From Nemertoderma westbladi (lineage: Eukaryota; Animalia; Xenacoelomorpha): a stretch of 64,000 bases of DNA. The notes under the pieces are model-generated. The model was given only the letters and a program-made list of their open reading frames with translations, made no database searches and was not told the DNA's origin. Below, in pieces: positions 55,501 to 64,000 of the stretch (its first letter is position 1; each line of letters opens with the position of its first letter). Location: assembly GCA_032718475.1 (NCBI GenBank), contig JAUCBJ010001164.1:13743-77742 (forward strand), written 5' to 3'. A program made the translations under genes and the position numbers.

Positions 55501-56562
55501 AAACGTACTATACACAACACAAACTTACTATACACAACACAAACTTACTATACATAATACAAACTACTATACACAACACAAACTTACTATACACAACACA
55601 AACTTACTATACACAACAGAAACTTACTATACATAATACAACACAAACTTACTATGCACGATACAAACTTACTATACACAAGACAAACTTACTATACACA
55701 ACACAAACTTACTATAAATAATACAACACAAACTTACTATACACAACACAAACTTACTATACATAATACAAACTTACTATACACAACACAAACTTATTAT
55801 ATACAACACAAACTTACTATACACAACACAAACTTACTATACATAATACAAACTTACTATGCACAAACTTACTATACACAAACTCACTATACTCAACACA
55901 AACTTACTATCAACACAGACTTACTATACACAACACAAACTTACTATACACAACACAAACTTACTATACATAATACAAACTTACTATCCACGATACAAAA
56001 ACTATACACAACACAAACTTACTATACACAACACAAACTTACTATATACAACACAAACTTACTATACACAACACAAACTTACTATACACAACTCAAACTT
56101 ACTATACACAACACAAACTTACTATACACAACACAAACTTACTATACAAAACACAAACTTACTATACACAACACAAACTTATTCTACACAACACAAACTT
56201 ACTATACACATCACAAACTTACTATACATAACACAAACCTACTATACACAACACAAACTTACTATACACAACACAAACTTACTATACACAACACAAACTT
56301 ACTATACACAACACAAACTTACTATACACAACACAAACTTACTATACACAACACAAACTTACTATACACAACACAAACTTACTATACACAACACAAACTT
56401 ACTATACACAACACAAACTTACTATACACAACACAAACTTACTATACACAACACAAACTTACTATACACAACACAAACTTACTATACACAACAAAAACTT
56501 ACTCTACACAACACAAACTTACTATACACAACACAAACTTACTATACAGAACACAAACTTAC
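46599..56562. repeat. 20-bp satellite in the TPPP intron, about 500 copies, with higher-order blocks
   Basis: Unit ACAAACTTACTATACACAAC with 17- and 25-bp variants. Confidence 0.99.
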
Positions 56563-57890
56563 TGTTGCGTTCTGTGCTCAAAAAACACTGAACAACGAAA
56601 TGTAAGCCGACTACTGATTCGAATTGACTCAGATAGATTGCTTACTAATATCCTACAGCGTTTGAATAAACCACCCGTTCCAAGGCAAAACTAATATTTC
56701 TGAAATGTTCTAAATGTTGCTGCTAATTAAGGCAAAAAGGTGATACCCACATTTAAATATCACATGACTGGGTCAAGCTAAATTTGCTATATTGTAATCT
56801 AGATTTAGCGTGTACTTTCAATATAATATAAGACTAATTTTGTAATAAATATAAAATTAAATCTGACAGTCGAGTTCCACCAATTATCGGCTATGAGCCG
56901 CTTTTACGCAGGTCCCATTTCCAAATAATGTCATTTTGGCTTCTCCAAAACTGTAATACTTCCAATGAACCAACCGAAAAGGGAGAGTCTGTCTATTATG
57001 GATGATCAAATAGCTAACCAGCCCACCTTGTGACAGTGAATGATCCCTAAAATCGAAAGTCGGCCTAGTGATAGAAATATATATAATCAGAATTGTTAGT
57101 CCCCCAAATAATCTCAAATGAAATGTAGAATCGAAGCACCTATTTTTTACTGTCGATTCCCCTCCCAAAACTAGGAATGGTTGGAAATGGGCTGGGCTGT
57201 TCAATAATCTAATGCGGTAATACGACCAAAATGTACTAATTAAATCAAAAAAATCCCAGGGCCTACTTATTCAGCATATAACCGTCTCAGCCGTCGAAGG
57301 AATATTCCTGTATTGCACCCCACCCCCCTGCCCCAAATGAACCCCAAGGTTCCTCACTTAATTTTGAACCCCTTCCAGTGTAGTGTTGCAGGCCTACCGA
57401 TGGGCGATAGGCTATACTTCCCTGTTCATTATACCGGTATACTGGCCGGATTTTGCTTCATCTCATACCCTCTCGCCTGTGGAATCGCCGGCAGATCGCT
57501 CCCGGTAAAACTACTCCATTATCCTGTATGTTATTTCCATAGGCCTACTGCCATGTGCCATATGTTGAAAATTGTCCGTTTTCAGATTGTAGACGGACAA
57601 TTTAATTGAATCAGTCAATAACAGATTTAGGATTTACGGCATTTCACATTTAACTTGAAATTACAAATGACAAAGAACAAACAACAGGTATAATTACAAA
57701 ATGACTGAATGACAAAGTGACATGTCCCTTTTTAAAAATGTTGGGCGCGAAATTCAAACTTTCTATGATTTAGTATACTGTATAGAATAATTATTTACTA
57801 TATTTAATACCAGTTTGTAATGGGGAAACTTAATTGATAATGCAATTTCTATTTAGTCAAAAAAAAATTATTTGTAAACCATCAAAAACA
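56563..57890 (-). repeat. Candidate 3' LTR (TGTT...AACA termini)
   Basis: Starts TGTT at the satellite junction, ends AACA 5 nt from a PPT-like motif; the second LTR is not in the window to confirm. Confidence 0.4.
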
Positions 57891-58159
57891 GTATACCGCC
57901 CCAAAGATAAAGTGAAACGGCATCTTTATCGACCGCGCATAAACGTCAATTAATATATCTAAATAGAATAACGAACAATAACGAAATATTTAAAAATTAA
58001 TTCCTTATATCCAAATATATCTTATACACAAATAAAGTAACTAAACTAAACTGCATTCATTCATATAAACTAAAATAATTACAATCTTTCTTTACTAAAA
58101 TAAACTACTATATTGCATATTTAATATTTGCACTTTTTAATCATTGCGAAAATATATAA

Positions 58160-58240
58160 TCTCTGAATCAGATTTGAACACGGGAAGTATAGTTTCTTTA
58201 CAAACATTTCCGGCGCTCTACAAACTGAGCTAATCTCGCA
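58160..58240 (-). pseudogene. Degenerate tRNA-like / SINE-head relic
   Basis: Minus strand TAGCTCAGTTTGTAGAGCG (A box) and GTTCAAATC (B box) without a pairing acceptor stem. Confidence 0.5.
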
Positions 58241-59602
58241 TAGAACAAATAAAATACGTACTTAAACAAATTCTACAAAATACTCTCCAGCCTATCAGCT
58301 TACGTTATCCTCATACGTTGCTAAGCAACATATGTAAATAAATACAATGCTCTTATTTCCGGTATTGAAGAGCAATATGGTGTATCCTAGTAAATAGTAT
58401 CTAATATAATCTCAAGCTATAGGCTATTAATTCGTTTAAACCATATTATTACATTTAGATCGAATAGATAAATCAGCATATTACAGGATATACTAAATAG
58501 ATAATAATTATCACTCAAATATCATAAATAGGGCGAACATATTTATGATCCTCAGGTATGGGCAAAACGTATAATCGCTTTCATATACCCCAGTCAGTTT
58601 TACTCTGTATAGCGACTTCCCTTCTATCTAATTGTGGTCCGTAACCACGCCCAATACCTGGTATCTGAGGTTTTGTGGCATGTCAGCCACGCTCGTTGTG
58701 GATTCTCCCACCGTGCGCGATAGACCGGCCATCGTTAACGGTTCCTTTGCGCGATGTGCGCTAATGTTTCCCGATATAATGATAGACCTCTAGACTCGTT
58801 GCCTTTGTCGCTGATATCGTAAACATCAAGAGACATAACATGCAACTTCATCTTCACTAGTATTCTCCAAATCCTTCTAATCGCAGTCCCATAATTGTAT
58901 ATCCAATTATCGACTCGTAAGAAAGTGCCATAATCCACTTGCTAGCACTCTGGTTTCGCGAAAGTCCCTCCGCTCCAAATAATTTCAACCATCCCAACAT
59001 TATTTCACCGTGGTTCTGAAATACCCCCCAATATTCCTCTTAGCCGTGGTCTAAATGCCAACCTTTCGGCTTTCGAATATTTCAACTTAATTTTTTAGAT
59101 AAAATATTGTGAAATTCAGTTTTGATAAAACTGATGTGAATAAATTCACATATTCCTTTTCCTAGAACCCAAATAAATGATGAGATGAATTATGCAGTAA
59201 TATGAAATGAAAGAAGTATATTAGTGTCAATGATTATTCAAATGATTCCATGATATGTACGTCTGCTTGCCACGACTAACGCTACACTATCAGAAATATA
59301 GCCGTACTGTCAAATCAAGTACATAATGAGATCAATAAAATCCTGAGTCTACAAAACACAATTCTAAAATTTGGCGCTTTTGCGGTTGTTCCGGTATTAA
59401 TATTAATTCGAATAATTTTATTATTATTAAATTAATATTAATTTACTATAATTGAAATTTTCAAACATTTTTAATTCAATACATCGGCTGTCCATGAGGT
59501 GGTGTTATTCCAGCTCATTTCATAATATACCGCCCCAATGTACATAGTAATGTACATTTCTAACCTGGAATGACGCCACAAAGCAATTCCCAAATTTTAA
59601 AT

Positions 59603-62600
59603 TTATTGTTTGTTATTTCTGGTTCTCCTCGTCCTCCTTTTAGGGACCCTTACCAGTTTCTTTTCCCTTTTTGGAATTTTGTAATCTCCGTGTTCGTATC
59701 TAGCTTCCTCAAGTAATATTAGTTTTTGAACTGGCCTGATTACTAAATCATTGTATATACTCTTAACTGATACCGTTCGGATAACTCCATCAGTAGCGGG
59801 ATGAGTTTTGACTACGACTCCCGTTATCCAATGGCGTCTCTTTACATTTTCATCAGAAAGTAATACAAAGTCATCCCTTTTTAGATTTCTAGTCAGTTTG
59901 TACCATTTTGTCCTGGCTGAGATTGTTGGTAAATAATATTTAATCCAACTTTCCCAGAACCTGTCTGCCAAGAGTTGGGTAACTTTCCAAGATTTGCGAC
60001 AGTATAAGTCGCTGTCATTGGGTATGGATGCTGGTACCAAAGGTGTTGGTGTCAGCATAAGAATGTGGTTGGGTGTCAGTGACATAGTGTTGTCCTCACT
60101 GTCTGTCACGATGGTCAAAGGTCTCGAGTTCAACGTGTGTTCAATCTCAATGAAAAGGGTAACTAACTCATCATCATTGAGTGACTTGTTTTCAGGAATC
60201 GTCTTATACATCGCTAGTTTAATTGAACGTATAAGACGTTCCCAACACCCGCCACGCCACGGGCTGTCGACTGTATTAAAGTACCACGTGATCCTTTGTG
60301 GTTGTAGTTCCTTTGAGATCTTCGAGTGATCAAGACTAATGAAAGCTCGGTTGATCTCATTTTTACCTCCCACAAAGTTACTTCCTTTATCGCAATAAAT
60401 GGCCCTTACCAAGCCTCGCCGTGCAATAAATCGCCGTAATGCCAGTAAGAATGAATTTGTAGTCATATCAGCGACCCTTTCGATATGTATCGCTCTGGAG
60501 GCCATACATATAAATAGTAGACCCCATCGCTTTATCAAACAACGGGCGCGCTTTGTTAATATCGGACCAAAGCAATCTAGCCCAGTGTTTGTAAAAGGTG
60601 GCTTATAAGCTTCCACACGCGCCATTGGTAGGATACTCATTTCTTGACTAATTATTCTCGCTTGTAATTTCTTGCAACGAAAACAGTTGGACATCACAGA
60701 CGTCAGCGCATTTGTTGGTTTCAATAAAATAAAACGTTGTCTAATGTCAGACAAGCAATGTGCACGACCTGCATGTTTAAGTTTTATGTGTGCATCTAAC
60801 ACAATAGAGCGCTGTAATTCAAAATGTTGAGGTATAATAATGGGATACAAGAAATGAGTTTCAAGGTTGGCTGCTTGCAATCGGGATTTATGACATATTA
60901 AACCCTTATAAATAGTAGGGCTTAATTTTGTCAGTTGTGATGACGTCACAGCCTTTCCGGTAGTAATTAAATTAAACTCCCGGGAAAAACTGCGAATTTG
61001 GAAATGTTTTATTATAATATTTTCTGATTGATCTATCTCATCTTGAGACAATCCCTTGTTAAATGTTAAATCCTTGCGTTTTAATACACGAAATTTTATA
61101 ATTTCTATAAAACGCCGTAACCAAGCAGTCTTCCGACATATATCTAACCAAGATGAATTTGATTTTACTAATTTATCATAAACGCACCTGGCTGGATCTG
61201 AAGGTTCAGTTGCAGAGACTGGAATAGGTTTTTTAAACCCTAATGTATTGGTAGGGTCTGTCACTCCTACTGGGTTATTGCCAATACTAACCTGATTATC
61301 TAATTGTGTGTCTATAGTATCTGACAATTTCTTGGGCTTCGTAACTAATTGGGTGTCTATAATATCTGACGATTTCTTCTTTGGATTCGTTACGGGTGAT
61401 TGACTATCGGTGACCATTATACCATTTGTCGGCCTTACAATTTTCTCCAACTTATCAATCTTAATATGACTAACCTTAGGTAGTAGTGTCTGATCCGTCT
61501 GTCCGTCTGCCTTATTGGTATTGCGCTTGCTTCTCAGAATCATCAATGTGGATTTGGTTGTATCCTCATGTTTGTCCATTTCTTTCTGAAAATGCTGGTT
61601 TGGTATTGATTTCCGCCCCAAATCCTTCCCTACGGAATTACTCACCTTAGGGTTCGAACTCGGGCCCTGTGGTTTCACGGATTTATCCTTGCAATTTCCG
61701 TCAGCCTTAGCTTTAGATTTGTTAACCTTACTAACCTTTATCTCTGCGTTGTCAGGAAAATGACCAATACTACAATCAAATATAGCAGGCCATTGATTCT
61801 TGGACTTTTGCAAGAATGTTGGCCCATGTAGCCAGAAGTCTGTGGTCTCAATCCTACAGAAGTCATTAGGCATCATGCCTCGTGAAGGTATGTCTGCCGG
61901 GTTTTGGTCCCCAGGACAATGTCTCCAATCTTCTCTGATTGTGGAATCAAGTATTTGTGCCTTCCGATTTGCTACGAATGTGGGGAATGGGACTTCGTCA
62001 CGTTTAAGATACATGAGAACTAGTGTCGAGTCAGTCCAAAATGTTGCCTTGATATCTGCTACTAACTCACGCTGTATTAACTTCGCTACTCCAGCTGATA
62101 TTGTAGCTGCTTGTAGTTCACCTCTTGCAACTTTCGTATACTTCAGAGGAAGTGTCTTAGCCCGAGAAGTTACAAATGATGATTCAAATATACCTTGACT
62201 TACCTCTCTTCTCAAATATATAACTACCCCTAAACCATCAGTACTAGCGTCACTAAAACAGTGCATTTCTAATGATGGGGGGAATGTGGTTTGTGTGGGG
62301 AAATAGACACGCGGGATATTGAGTGTCTTCAATGTCGGTAACTGATCCTCCCATTGTCTCCATTGTATTGCTATCTCTTCTGATATGGGTTCATCCCAAT
62401 CTGTCTTACCTAACCAGATTTTCCTGAGATATATCCGAGCTTGTAATATGACCGGACTAATGAAACTAAGTGGGTCGAAAAGTTTGCTCATTGTAGATAA
62501 GCAAATACGTTTAGTGAGGACTCCATCCTTTGATGGTACTTTTACACGCACCTGAAATGTGTCGCTATTGGGATTCCAGACTAAGCCCAGGACCTTAGTT

Positions 62601-64000
62601 GTCGGTATTGGTTCAAATTCTAATTCGATATCGCCCATACTACGATCTTTCACTGGAAATGAATTTATTAGTTCAACTGAATTGGATACGAACTTGGTTA
62701 GTCTGAATCCACCCGTTGCTACGCAACGTTGTATATCGTGTGCCATATCAATTGCTTCTTTTACAGTGTCACAGCACTTTAGGCCATCGTCTGTATATAT
62801 ATCTTTTTTAATGGTCTCTATAACTCTTTCATTAAAGTTGTCCTTCTGTTTGTCTGCGGTCCTCTTAAGGGCGAAAATGCATCCGGTAGGACTATCTCTA
62901 GCTCCCTGACAATGTCTAGTCATTCTATAAACTGCAGGTTCACCTGTTAAATCCTTATTGGGGTACCAAAGAAACCTAAGACATTCTTGGTCTTCCTTCA
63001 AGGCGAACACCTGGTTAAACATGGATTCAATATCACACGTAAACGCTATATTACACTGGCGAAAACGTAGGAGGATGCCAATTAAGTAATTATTCATGTT
63101 GGGACCATTTAGTAATTCAGAGTTTAATGACATACCCATATATTTCTCTCTACAGTCATTCACCACTCTAACTTTACCCGGTTTATCCGGATGTATAACA
63201 TAATGATGCGGTAAATAATACGTTTTGTCGGTAGTGATCTCGGGATGTTCCATCCTAATAGCGTATTTATTGTCGATATACATGTCCATTTGGGTCTGAT
63301 ATTGTTCATGTATAGCCGGATTATTGAGTAGACGTCTCCTAATCATTAACAGTCTCTTCAAAGCCAGAGGGTAATTATTTTTCAACTTTGGCTTATCCTC
63401 TCTCCACAGCATCCCCACTTCAAAATGACCATTGGGTAGTTGGTTGATGGTTTTCTCCATAATATCTATGCATCTTTGTTCACTCACAGATAATGCAGTG
63501 TCATAACTGTTAGGTTCTGCAGCATCCTGTTCCAGCCATTGTAATATTTTACGATGCATCTCTTTATCATCCTCTAAATAATCATAAGCTTCCATAAGTT
63601 CCACCTCAGTGGAATTTACGTTTCGGAGAGTCTCGAAGGACTCTAACCTTGTCTGAGAAGTATTGACAGTACAAAAACTCATGATTCGGTGACTGTCCTT
63701 TCTGCTCTCGTCCGGGTCAAATTGCACTTGTCTGAGTTTTCCGATAGCTTCCTCTGACTCAACAGAGTCGTTATCAGATCCTCTGCAGGGGCTCAAACCA
63801 CAGTCTGAATCGTTGCTAAAGGTCTCACAACACTCTGACTGATTATCAGATTCTAATGAGCTATCTGATTGCTCATTAATGTCACTTATGTTACTAATGT
63901 ATGTTGATTGTGTCTTGACCTGTTCATGTAATAGTAAGTCATCATAATACCTGTCTCGAGTATTATCTGTGCTATTATTACAATATTGCCATCTCGTGTT
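59603..64000 (-). CDS. BEL/Pao retrotransposon Pol region (RT, RNase H, integrase); frame stays open to the window edge
   Basis: YLPHHYV, DIESMFNQV, YTDD (RT); HCFSDAS, ELQAA, WTDS, NPADIPSRG (Pao RNase H); H..H..C..C zinc finger, GLDCFGP, DKGSNFVG, GGCWERLIRSIK (integrase); 68 more open codons lie upstream of the tracked start at 63796. Confidence 0.96.
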   Translation of the reverse strand, partial: NTRWQYCNNSTDNTRDRYYDDLLLHEQVKTQSTYISNISDINEQSDSSLESDNQSECCETFSNDSDCGLSPCRGSDNDSVESEEAIGKLRQVQFDPDESRKDSHRIMSFCTVNTSQTRLESFETLRNVNSTEVELMEAYDYLEDDKEMHRKILQWLEQDAAEPNSYDTALSVSEQRCIDIMEKTINQLPNGHFEVGMLWREDKPKLKNNYPLALKRLLMIRRRLLNNPAIHEQYQTQMDMYIDNKYAIRMEHPEITTDKTYYLPHHYVIHPDKPGKVRVVNDCREKYMGMSLNSELLNGPNMNNYLIGILLRFRQCNIAFTCDIESMFNQVFALKEDQECLRFLWYPNKDLTGEPAVYRMTRHCQGARDSPTGCIFALKRTADKQKDNFNERVIETIKKDIYTDDGLKCCDTVKEAIDMAHDIQRCVATGGFRLTKFVSNSVELINSFPVKDRSMGDIELEFEPIPTTKVLGLVWNPNSDTFQVRVKVPSKDGVLTKRICLSTMSKLFDPLSFISPVILQARIYLRKIWLGKTDWDEPISEEIAIQWRQWEDQLPTLKTLNIPRVYFPTQTTFPPSLEMHCFSDASTDGLGVVIYLRREVSQGIFESSFVTSRAKTLPLKYTKVARGELQAATISAGVAKLIQRELVADIKATFWTDSTLVLMYLKRDEVPFPTFVANRKAQILDSTIREDWRHCPGDQNPADIPSRGMMPNDFCRIETTDFWLHGPTFLQKSKNQWPAIFDCSIGHFPDNAEIKVSKVNKSKAKADGNCKDKSVKPQGPSSNPKVSNSVGKDLGRKSIPNQHFQKEMDKHEDTTKSTLMILRSKRNTNKADGQTDQTLLPKVSHIKIDKLEKIVRPTNGIMVTDSQSPVTNPKKKSSDIIDTQLVTKPKKLSDTIDTQLDNQVSIGNNPVGVTDPTNTLGFKKPIPVSATEPSDPARCVYDKLVKSNSSWLDICRKTAWLRRFIEIIKFRVLKRKDLTFNKGLSQDEIDQSENIIIKHFQIRSFSREFNLITTGKAVTSSQLTKLSPTIYKGLICHKSRLQAANLETHFLYPIIIPQHFELQRSIVLDAHIKLKHAGRAHCLSDIRQRFILLKPTNALTSVMSNCFRCKKLQARIISQEMSILPMARVEAYKPPFTNTGLDCFGPILTKRARCLIKRWGLLFICMASRAIHIERVADMTTNSFLLALRRFIARRGLVRAIYCDKGSNFVGGKNEINRAFISLDHSKISKELQPQRITWYFNTVDSPWRGGCWERLIRSIKLAMYKTIPENKSLNDDELVTLFIEIEHTLNSRPLTIVTDSEDNTMSLTPNHILMLTPTPLVPASIPNDSDLYCRKSWKVTQLLADRFWESWIKYYLPTISARTKWYKLTRNLKRDDFVLLSDENVKRRHWITGVVVKTHPATDGVIRTVSVKSIYNDLVIRPVQKLILLEEARYEHGDYKIPKREKKLVRVPKRRTRRTRNNKQ

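Larger units (their letters stand above)
56563..64000 (-). mobile_element. BEL/Pao LTR retrotransposon; 3' boundary inferred at the satellite break, 5' end outside the window
   Basis: Uninterrupted pol ORF; the 20-bp satellite stops mid-unit at TGTT (56563); PPT-like GGGGCGG motifs on the minus strand at 57896-57902 and 59530-59536. The family call is secure; the boundary is not. Confidence 0.7.

Noticed and set aside
46599-56562. 20-bp satellite as a copy of the missing upstream TPPP donor junction
   Set aside because: Splicing its TA|GTAAGT to the phase-2 exon at 46502 would create TAA, so it does not fit the real junction.
46801-56694. Many TQTYYTQHKL ORFs
   Set aside because: Read-through of the G-poor 20-bp satellite.
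59994-62909. Plus-strand ORFs overlapping pol
   Set aside because: Antisense shadows of the retrotransposon ORF with no recognisable motifs.

Overview
AT-rich, intron-rich eukaryotic (animal-like; species cannot be told from sequence alone) genomic window. On the + strand lies the 3' half of a ferlin gene (myoferlin/dysferlin-like; 18 exons that I could splice in frame from 348 to the stop at 40073). It has two pairs of duplicated, probably mutually exclusive exons: one pair encodes the start of the penultimate C2 domain, the other encodes alternative C-terminal transmembrane anchors. On the - strand, converging tail-to-tail, are the last three exons of a TPPP/p25-alpha gene. Its upstream intron holds a 10-kb satellite and an apparently intact BEL/Pao LTR retrotransposon that runs off the window. 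About 60% of the window is intronic tandem repeat. The most striking pattern is that seven ferlin splice junctions have themselves been tandemly amplified (exon end + GT donor, or branch point + AG + exon start; 2 to 59 copies). One of these arrays stays in frame with no stop codon, and most of the other intronic satellites carry 5' splice-site-like hexamers on the host gene's sense strand. Also present: a tRNA/Nin-domain SINE with an 11-bp TSD, a TTAA-specific MITE nested in a second MITE, and a P-like palindromic footprint. Almost all long ORFs in the ORF track other than the retrotransposon are repeat read-through. All homology calls are from recalled family motifs, not database searches.
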